Positions 31,503 to 39,320 of a stretch of DNA of 64,000 nt are shown here, piece after piece. The stretch lies in assembly GCA_963729625.1 (NCBI GenBank), contig CAVSOU010000015.1, positions 1 to 64,000 on the forward strand, read 5' to 3'. The notes beneath the pieces are model-generated. The model ran no database searches, had not been told where the DNA came from, and was given only the letters and a program-made list of their open reading frames with translations. The DNA comes from an uncultured bacterium. GTDB taxonomy: Bacteria > Chloroflexota > UBA5177 > JANWHV01. Within the stretch, counting starts at the first letter, position 1, and every line of letters begins with the position of its first letter. A program made the position numbers and the translations under genes.

Positions 31503-32081
31503 GTGGCACCTGCAATCGAGACAGTCGGCGCCACTGCGGCTGCTGACAGTGACGTCTGCATTGTTTACAGTTGTCCGGGTAGTCAGAGCGCTGACCGCGA
31601 CGTCATTCTAGGCGCCTTCGGTGGCCTCGGCAGTTGTGGCTACTATTTCAATCCCATCCTACTCCAAATCTCAGCCTGTCGGCAATTGTCGTCGGAAGCG
31701 TTTTGGTTCCAGCCAGATGCGGCTAAGTGGTGGTCCATCCAGAACGCCATTAGCGACGACTTTGGAGAGGGCTTGACGACTTCTGGCTGGAATTGGCAGC
31801 CCCTCATCTATGTACAGGCTAGCAAAAAGCCTTGCGTCTGCCTTGATCTAGGTCAAGTCTGGGTACAGGACTCTGATGGCGCAGCCCTAACGACCAGCCA
31901 GTTGGGACAAACCGGTCCAGTCGGGGTGTCCGGATCGGATCGCGTACTTCCTGCTTACGCTGATACTCGACCTATCAGCGAGCTTGAAGCAGCCGAATTG
32001 CTCGGGTACTTGAGGGATGCAGAGTCAAGGCCACGCCATCCTGTCCGACGAGTCCGCGAGATCGATGCTTCGTCACGCTAG
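31503..32081 (+). CDS. Hypothetical protein, candidate antitoxin
   Basis: GTG start 1 nt after the upstream stop, with GGAG RBS. Aromatic/Cys-rich N-terminal part and a C-terminal ISELEAAELLGYL...P..P segment. Confidence 0.6.
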   Translation: MAPAIETVGATAAADSDVCIVYSCPGSQSADRDVILGAFGGLGSCGYYFNPILLQISACRQLSSEAFWFQPDAAKWWSIQNAISDDFGEGLTTSGWNWQPLIYVQASKKPCVCLDLGQVWVQDSDGAALTTSQLGQTGPVGVSGSDRVLPAYADTRPISELEAAELLGYLRDAESRPRHPVRRVREIDASSR

Positions 32082-32123
32082 TGGCAGCAAATAGTGCCCG
32101 TTGGGTGAACGACCCTGAGAAAG

Positions 32124-32630
32124 TTGCTTGTTGGTCTGCCCGAGTTGGCAAGGTTCGATGGCTTCGAGTGTGGAACTGAGCCATGGGCGACGGAGCAGGC
32201 AGAGTGGATCACCGGTCGGGAAGTGCGCCGCTGTCTAAAGTCCGGAACCCAAGTCTGGTTGTACGAAACTGACGATGGCGACCTCATCGGGTATGGATCA
32301 CTAGGCGAGACCAACTGGGCCTGGCCTCAAGCAGCGGACCCGAAGCTTGGCATAAGCATCATCCCGTCCCTTGCCGTACGGACGCGATATCAGGGACGTC
32401 GCGACCTTGAGAGCGGAGAACGCTACTCGGTGCTGATAGTCGAGGATCTGATAGGTGAGGCGAGCGATCTCAATAAAGCAAAAGGCCGACCGTTTCTAGC
32501 GCTGTTCGTCGACCCGAGAAACAGCCGGGCGGTTGCGCTTTACCAGAGCCTTGGCTTTGTGCGTCACAGCCGCGAATATCCAGAACCAGTTACCGGCATC
32601 ACATACGTGAGCATGGTTCTGGCGTTGTGA
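32124..32630 (+). CDS. GNAT acetyltransferase resembling GNAT TA toxins
   Basis: FECG N-terminal motif, LIGY.SL, LAV...YQG, and L.VDPRN.RA..LY..LGF. The start may be the GTG near 32105 if there is a 1-bp error. Confidence 0.85.
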   Translation: MLVGLPELARFDGFECGTEPWATEQAEWITGREVRRCLKSGTQVWLYETDDGDLIGYGSLGETNWAWPQAADPKLGISIIPSLAVRTRYQGRRDLESGERYSVLIVEDLIGEASDLNKAKGRPFLALFVDPRNSRAVALYQSLGFVRHSREYPEPVTGITYVSMVLAL

Positions 32631-32992
32631 TACGCATGGCGGGATTGCCACGCGTCCGGCGCGCAACCCGAGGCTCACCTCTTATGCTGATACGTCGCCC
32701 GGCGCGTCGCCCGCCTGGCACAATCGGCGGCGAATAATAGACGGCCCTTTAGCAACCGGGGGCGGCCTATTAGATTCTCAAGACACTCTATTGCGCAATT
32801 TCTTGAAGCTCCTGTTATGCCAGAGGCGCGCGCCGGGCCTTTCCAGGGGAGGCCTAGAACTCGCCGCCAACCCCGTGGATACCGCTCCAAGTCCACCGGA
32901 CCGCGCCTCGTCGCGCGCCGGTGCTACGGTGTCCATGGCCATTTGGAAGTATCCACTGGTGGCCAACAAAAGTATCCACCCAAGGTGGCGGG

Positions 32993-33775
32993 TTAGGCCG
33001 GTGAGAACGCGGCACCTCCAGCGCGTGATCGGGCCTCACGTAGGCGGTAGGACTCGCCGCTGGTGACGACGACGGTGGCGTGATGCAGGATGCGGTCAAG
33101 CAAGGCAACCGCGGTATTCTGTTCGGGAAAGAAACGACCCCAGTCCTGAAAGGGCCAGTGACTGGCCAGCGCGAGTGCGTGGTGCTCGTAGGCGGCGGAG
33201 ACGAGGCGGAAAAGCAGTTGGGCGCCGGTCTGGTCCAGCGGGGAGAAGCCGAGTTCGTCGATGATGAGGAGGTCGAAACGCGAGAGCTGGTCGAGGATGC
33301 GGCCGACGGAGTTATCCGCCAGGCCGCTGTAGAGCGTCTCGACCAAGGCTGGCGCGAGGAAGTAGCGCACGCGTTTGCCAGCGGCGACGCTGGCGGCGCC
33401 CAAGGCGAGCAGGAGGTGTGACTTGCCGGTGCCGGGCGGGCCGATCAAGCACAGGTTCTCATTGGCGGCAATCCATTCGAGCGAACAGAGATAGGCGTAG
33501 GTGGCGGGTGGCACGGAGGAGTGGGCCAGCTGAAAGCTGTCGAGCGATTTGGTGGCCGGGAAGCGGGCCTGGGTGAGCCGGGTGCGCTCCATGGAAGCGT
33601 CGCGCGCGGCAATCTCCGCTTCCACGAGCGTGCGGAGGAACTCCTCGGGGGTCCAGCGTTGGGTCTTGGCGGTGAGCAAGAGGTCGGGGGCCAGGGCCCG
33701 CATGCGTGCGAGCTTGAGGCGACGCAAGCCGTGCTCGAGGTCAGCCGGCAGGGGTGCACTGGCACTGGCGGTCAT
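32993..33775 (-). CDS. istB: IS21 helper ATPase
   Basis: GPPGTGKSH, LLIIDELG, LDRILHH and GESYRL motifs. Confidence 0.95.
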   Translation of the reverse strand: MTASASAPLPADLEHGLRRLKLARMRALAPDLLLTAKTQRWTPEEFLRTLVEAEIAARDASMERTRLTQARFPATKSLDSFQLAHSSVPPATYAYLCSLEWIAANENLCLIGPPGTGKSHLLLALGAASVAAGKRVRYFLAPALVETLYSGLADNSVGRILDQLSRFDLLIIDELGFSPLDQTGAQLLFRLVSAAYEHHALALASHWPFQDWGRFFPEQNTAVALLDRILHHATVVVTSGESYRLREARSRAGGAAFSPA

Positions 33776-35235
33776 TTCGGCCTCCCGAGCGCATAGGCAT
33801 CCAGGGACGGGGGTACCACGCTGGGGAAGCTGACCAGGTTGAGGGGTTCGCCGGCGAGGGTGGGCGCCTGCACGCCTGCGCCCGCGGCCAGGATTTGCCG
33901 CACATCGTTGGCGGTGAAGCGGCGGAAGTGCACGGCGCGCTCCAGCGCGCGCAGCAGCGCCTCGTGCCCCCAGGTGCTCTCCATCCCGACGATAGCCCGC
34001 AGTTCGCTCTCCAGCCGCGTGGTGCCTGCGGCCGCCGCCGCCCGCAGGAAGCGCTCCGCCACCTCGCCGTAGCCCACGAAGCGGACCTCGGCCGCTGTCC
34101 GTGGCCGAATGGCCCGGGCGGGACGCGTAGCGGCCTTGCCGTAGTGGGCGTCGTTGAGTGCCACCTCTCCCGGTGCCACCAGCCGATGCCGCGCCACCTC
34201 GTTCTGTGCGTAGCTGATGATGACCTCGCCCTCTGAGGCCCACACGCGCACGGTCCGCCCGCGCAAGGCTTGCGGCACGGAGTACCGTGCCGAGCCAAAG
34301 CGGATGGTGCCCATCTTATCCACTTTGCGCTCGACCTCGTCGCGCAAGCGCAGGTCGAGCGTGGGCAGGGGCCGCAAGAGGGGACGCTCCACCGCCAGCT
34401 GCTCCAGCGGGACCGCCGCGATCTCGCTGTGCACCTGGCTGTTCACCTCGGCACACCAGGTACGCGCCGCCCCATTGTCGGCCACCAGGTCCAGCCCAGG
34501 CTCCAGCGTCGGCAGCAGGTCCCGTTTGACGTACCCGACCAGCGCTTCCACGACGCCCTTCGATTCGGGGTCGTAGCCCTGGCAGAAGTCGGCGCGGAAA
34601 TTGTAGTGCGTGGCCATGCGCACATAGTCCAGGTGGGGCACCACCACATCGGCGACGATGCCGCCGCGCAGGCAGCCCATCCGATCGGCCAGCACCACGC
34701 CCGGCACGCCACCCAGCTCGGCCAGACACTCCGCCAGCAGCCGCAACGTCGTCTCCCGCCGCTCGTCCGTCGCGAAGCGCACAAAGCGGTAGCGACACCA
34801 GGCCAGGACCGCACAGAAGACATGCCGCTGGCCCTCGACGCCCCAATCGATCACCAGATGCTCGCCTGGCTCTGGCCGCCAGGGACGATACACCCGCTGC
34901 CGTTTCCCATACTCCTGCTTCGCGGCGGCGACCGCACGGCGAAAGCTGCGCGCGGACCCCGTGTAGCCCGCTGCCTGCGCGATCGGCAACAACCGTTTCG
35001 CCGCGATGCGCCCGCCCGTCTTGGCCACCCGCTGCCGGATCAGGTCCTGCACCGCATCCGTCTTCCGCTCGCGTGTCGCCCGCTCCTCTTCGCCCTCGCA
35101 CACCTGACGCTCGCGGCGTTCCACGATCTGCTTGACCGTTCGGTGCGTCGTGCCATAGAGTGCCGCCACGGCCCGATAGCTCCCGAGCTCCGCATAGGCG
35201 TTGACAATATCCATCTGTTCCCTCAACGATTTCAT
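33772..35235 (-). CDS. istA: IS21 DDE transposase
   Basis: PGE...DW, GGVP..VL.D, P.SKG.VE and RYSVP motifs. Overlaps the istB start. Confidence 0.95.
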   Translation of the reverse strand: MKSLREQMDIVNAYAELGSYRAVAALYGTTHRTVKQIVERRERQVCEGEEERATRERKTDAVQDLIRQRVAKTGGRIAAKRLLPIAQAAGYTGSARSFRRAVAAAKQEYGKRQRVYRPWRPEPGEHLVIDWGVEGQRHVFCAVLAWCRYRFVRFATDERRETTLRLLAECLAELGGVPGVVLADRMGCLRGGIVADVVVPHLDYVRMATHYNFRADFCQGYDPESKGVVEALVGYVKRDLLPTLEPGLDLVADNGAARTWCAEVNSQVHSEIAAVPLEQLAVERPLLRPLPTLDLRLRDEVERKVDKMGTIRFGSARYSVPQALRGRTVRVWASEGEVIISYAQNEVARHRLVAPGEVALNDAHYGKAATRPARAIRPRTAAEVRFVGYGEVAERFLRAAAAAGTTRLESELRAIVGMESTWGHEALLRALERAVHFRRFTANDVRQILAAGAGVQAPTLAGEPLNLVSFPSVVPPSLDAYALGRPK

Positions 35236-35585
35236 CCAGCATCCCCTCCTGCGTTGCCTGGTTTCGGTTCGCACCTACACCATCTCCACCAGGAGGGGTT
35301 GCTCACAATGCCGTCAGTGGGAGCGGATACTTCTGTTGGCCACAGATGGGGAATTTAACACGGCCACGGGCATACGGTCGTCACATCGTTCTCCCATTCA
35401 GCCGCGGATGCGTGCCGAGCGCATGGTGATCCGCACGGACCACGTGCCAGGGATGAGCCAGGATCCCTGATTCTGTGATCTTGCCACCGCAGCCCTGGCC
35501 GCGCTATCACATAGGCAACACCGGCGAGAAGTCGTGCTGTGCACCGTCTCTTACCGCATCGCTGTGGCGTATGATCGTGGCACCG

Positions 35586-36554
35586 CTAGCTGAAGAGCCT
35601 GCGCAGAAACTGCAGCCTTTCCCGTGTCTGGAAGCTCTCCCCGTTCTCATGGCCGTTGAATGGGTAGACCTTGATCTCCTTCGGCCCGGCGTAGTGATTG
35701 TATGCCGCGTAAATCGTCGAAGGCGGGCAGATGTCGTCCATCAGGCCGACCGAGAAGAGGGCGGTAGCGCGGGCGCGCGCGGCGAAGTGCATGCCGTCGA
35801 AATAGGAGAGCGTCTGGAACACGCGGTCGGTCTGGTCGCGATGCGAGCGACAGTAGCGCACGATTTCCTGATACGGATGCGTGTCGGTAGTCTCGCAGGC
35901 ACGTCGAAAGTGGCAGAGAAACGGCACGTCCGGCATGGCGGCGAGCACGTCGGGCACGAGCCCTGCCGCCGCGAGCGTGATGCCGCCACCCTGGCTGCCG
36001 CCCGTCAGCACGATTTTCGCCGGATCAACTTCCGGCCGGCCACGCGCAGCCTCAATGGCGCGCACGGCATCGACGAATACGCGCCGATAGTAGTAGGTCT
36101 CCTGGGACAATACGCCCCGTGTCATGAATCCGGGAAACTGGGCGTTGCCGCCATCGGGCTCGCAGTCGGGAGTGTCGCCCGGGCGCCATGCGCTTCCCTG
36201 GCCGCGCGTATCCATCACAAAATGCGCGTAGCCGGCGCTGGCATACAGCAGCCAATCGAGCGGCAGTCCGCGCCCGCCACCATAGCCGATGAACTCCACG
36301 ATGCAAGGCAGGGTCGTCGCCCGCTCGCGCGGCACGATGAACCAGCCCCGAATCGGTTGTCCGGCGTAGCCTGCAAAGGTAACGTCGTAGACCGCAAGCG
36401 CCGGGAAGCCGGCATCGATCGGCTCGAAGCGAGCCGACTGGGGATATTGCCTGCTTGCCTCGAGTGTCGTCCGCCAGAAGCTGTCGAAGTCAGGCGGCTC
36501 CGATCGCTCGGGCCTGTACTGGACAAGTTGCTCATAGGGAAGATCGAACAGCAT
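35586..36554 (-). CDS. Acetylxylan esterase / cephalosporin-C deacetylase (CE7)
   Basis: P.DFD.FW, GYGGGRG, DTRGQG, GGSQGG, D.ICPPST and NGHE motifs. Confidence 0.94.
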   Translation of the reverse strand: MLFDLPYEQLVQYRPERSEPPDFDSFWRTTLEASRQYPQSARFEPIDAGFPALAVYDVTFAGYAGQPIRGWFIVPRERATTLPCIVEFIGYGGGRGLPLDWLLYASAGYAHFVMDTRGQGSAWRPGDTPDCEPDGGNAQFPGFMTRGVLSQETYYYRRVFVDAVRAIEAARGRPEVDPAKIVLTGGSQGGGITLAAAGLVPDVLAAMPDVPFLCHFRRACETTDTHPYQEIVRYCRSHRDQTDRVFQTLSYFDGMHFAARARATALFSVGLMDDICPPSTIYAAYNHYAGPKEIKVYPFNGHENGESFQTRERLQFLRRLFS

Positions 36555-37496
36555 ACCGCCTCCCAAGACTATTCACCACGGCACGCCCAAACCGGCGCGC
36601 CTGCCGGCAGTCATGCCATCCAGCTCCACAAGATTCAGAGCACGCGCTCCGATATCGCGACCGCCAGTCGCGCAGGTCTGGAATCATGGTATCTAAGCCC
36701 GCGCGCGCCTGGGGCTCAGTACGCGCCCATCCGACCCCCAACAATCGCACGCCGGCCCCCCTGGCGCGCATCGATGACCGTGGCTGAAATCAGAAGCGCC
36801 CCACTTCCACCCACCGTGTGCGCCGTGTGCCGGAGCGGGAAAATCCAACACCGGCAGCACAACGCAGCGCGACCGACGGCTACGGCTCCTCCAGCCGCGG
36901 CGGGGATGGAGGGGCCGGGTCTGGCTGCGGCCGGGTGGGGCGGCGCGCCAAGACAAAGAAAATTGCTTGATTCAAGCAGCACAGTGTAACTATTTTGCTC
37001 CACCGTATATATCTTCATACACCGCGCCGGCCGTCCCGGGGCAACGCCATTCAGTCCATGCGGTCCGGGCGCGGGGGATCTCCGGTACCGGCATGCACAT
37101 GCCCCGATGCTCAGGAGGATTCATGCCCGAAAACCGTGGAATCGGTAGCCACCTCCCCCGTGCACAAATGTTCAGACAAATCGCATGGCGCCGGCATTCG
37201 AATCGAGACGACCATCCCCGGCGGCAGTCTCAATTGACGCCATCCCAAGGCATCGTCAAACGAGCGGCGACCGGCCCTCATGTATGTTTTAGCACCGGGT
37301 TCACTGGCAATACGGCAGAAACTCTATGGACTGCTACGCGGAGGTCGAGGCATTCGCCAGGTTTCAACGGCGGTCACCGTATCCAAGGCGCGCCCATAAC
37401 CGATATGCCTCTTGAGCGTAACGTCTGCAGCGGCTACGCTGGTGCTCGTGGGCGCCGGCGTGGCGTTCGGCGCGAGTCATGGAGGCGAGGTTCGGA

Positions 37497-37934
37497 ATGG
37501 GGCGGGTGCTGGTTGGTCTCGAATTTGGCGCAGTCCTGGCGATAGTCGCTGTGGCAGGACACGTTCAAGCGTGCTCTATCGACGGGAAACCGACACTCAC
37601 CGTGAACGGCGTCGCGGTCTCCATCAATACCGCACAGCCGACCAGCCCACAGACGCTGCGCGTGTGGGCGCCATTCGTGCTCTCGTCGGTACTTCGGACT
37701 GGCCGAGGCGAGGCGCTGGCAGAGACCGTGAAGGCTCTGCCGCTCACGCCCGAAGCATACAAAGTCCCCTGGCGTTGGGATTTCGGCGACGGGACCTTGC
37801 CGGCTCGCGGGACGGCGGTCCGACACGTCTTTCATCACCCCGGCGTCTACAAGATCACAGTCTCAGCCTACTACCCCTCGCACAAGATCTGGTATGCCTT
37901 CGACGCTGTACAGCTGCGCGTCGTGGGCACGTGA
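37497..37934 (+). CDS. Secreted PKD-domain protein
   Basis: Signal peptide and WDFGDG...H.F..PG.Y.IT motif. Confidence 0.8.
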   Translation: MGRVLVGLEFGAVLAIVAVAGHVQACSIDGKPTLTVNGVAVSINTAQPTSPQTLRVWAPFVLSSVLRTGRGEALAETVKALPLTPEAYKVPWRWDFGDGTLPARGTAVRHVFHHPGVYKITVSAYYPSHKIWYAFDAVQLRVVGT

Positions 37935-38136
37935 CTTGCGAGACGGGGCGGGCACGACACCCGCACGCGGGCACCGGCGGTCCCAGACCCGTCGACACGC
38001 GCCTGCTACGAGAGCTGAACGGCCCTGGCCGAGCTGCTGCATGGGCGACTATTATCGATGAGCGTGCTAGGATGGAAATTGCCCGGTGTGGGGCGGGTTT
38101 GGGTGTTTTACCTTCAAGCGGAGAAGGAGCGGAAGA

Positions 38137-38493
38137 ATGGGCGACGGTATCCTCTTCATTGGTTGGGGCCCAACGATACCTGGGCGCGAGCAAAAGGCAC
38201 TCCAGGTCTTTAACGAGGCTCTCCAGTACTGGACGCGCCTGCAGCAGCAGGGCGCGATCGACAGTTTCGAGGCCGTGAATCTGGAGCCTCACGGCGGCGA
38301 TCTAACAGGGTTCCTGCTCATGCATGGCGACGAGGCGAAACTGGCCCAGTTGCGCGTCGATCCCGAGTTCCAGTCTCTCAACGTGCGCGCCGGACTGGTG
38401 GTAACGAACTTCGGCGTCGTCGCAGGGGTCACCGGCGAGCGGCTGACCGCGCAATTCAGTGTTTTCGGAAAGCATGCCGCCGAGCTCACCTGA
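38137..38493 (+). CDS. Conserved hypothetical protein, 118 aa
   Basis: AAGGAG RBS and strong codon bias. GRE..AL..F...LEPHGGDL.GF pattern. Confidence 0.75.
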   Translation: MGDGILFIGWGPTIPGREQKALQVFNEALQYWTRLQQQGAIDSFEAVNLEPHGGDLTGFLLMHGDEAKLAQLRVDPEFQSLNVRAGLVVTNFGVVAGVTGERLTAQFSVFGKHAAELT

Positions 38494-38808
38494 GTCATGT
38501 ATCCCCAGCGTCCCAGCCCAATCCATCACGCAGCGAACTGGTCGAGCAGGCCCCACACTGCTCGGCCTGTTCGAGCGATGCACGCTCGGCCAGCGTTAGC
38601 GAGGCGCCGGCCGTGACAGAGAACGCTTTGGGGACTCTCGGCCGCCTGACGATCGCCAGGCCGGCCACGACGGCACTCGCGTCTTCGGCCGAAGTTCTCG
38701 CGACGTCGGACAGCTCTTGCCTTCTTCTTGAGCGGTCCCGTGCTCCCGGCCGCGGCACGCGTCAACCGCATCCAGGAGGTTCCCTCCCAAGCGGCTTCAT
38801 ACCGCTCC

Positions 38809-39015
38809 TCAGCGCCTGCGACCCAAGACCAAGAACCAAAGAATGCAGCCGACCACTATGATCACTGCCGCGGCGATCACCATGGTCACAACCGCTTGCA
38901 TGAGCAAGTACGCAGCCGCCACCGCGATAACCGTAACCGCGCCTCCGGCAACGGCTTCCCTGCCCGCGCGCGTCACGCGGCTTTCGCCTTCGGGTACGCG
39001 CATGAGATCATTCAT
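38809..39015 (-). CDS. Small two-TM membrane protein
   Basis: AGGGGG RBS, two hydrophobic helices and an RRR C-terminus. Confidence 0.6.
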   Translation of the reverse strand: MNDLMRVPEGESRVTRAGREAVAGGAVTVIAVAAAYLLMQAVVTMVIAAAVIIVVGCILWFLVLGRRR

Positions 39016-39320
39016 CCCGAACTACCCCCTTTTGGCCGGTCTTCTGCGGAATTCACGCCTGGTCTTCAGGACAGAGGCCGGCAGCGTGAAGTTGTGCAAC
39101 GCTTGCCACCAAGGCAAAACCCCAGATCGTGGCGATTGTAAGTCTATCATTGCACAGGCACAGGTAAAGGTCGAATCCACCCAGAATCTGACATACGTGG
39201 AGTCACGGTTGAGCGCCAAGGGCGCACCGACCGCCCGCCGGCCATAGATGCATGTGACTCGTCCTGTAACGCCGGGTGCGCCGGCCGCGTGGTCGCGGGT
39301 GCTACCGCCCGACAATTGCG

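Larger units (their letters stand above)
22534..32802. mobile_element. ~10.3 kb defence island / degraded prophage-like element inserted in the MFS gene
   Basis: Flanked by long direct repeats. All cargo is on the + strand within a minus-strand locus. Cargo is a terminase remnant, a TA pair, RM genes and a GNAT module. No integrase visible. Confidence 0.85.
32930..35372 (-). mobile_element. Complete IS21-family element, 2443 bp, with 5-bp target duplication TACGG
   Basis: TG...CA ends. Inverted repeats TGTCCATGGCC...GTGGCCAACAAAAGTATCC and TGCCCGTGGCC...GTGGCCAACAGAAGTATCC. TACGG at 32925..32929 and 35373..35377. Confidence 0.97.
32803..35534. repeat. Right direct repeat (displaced original MFS 5' end), interrupted by IS21
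   Basis: 32803..32929 and 35378..35534 reproduce 22250..22533. Confidence 0.93.
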
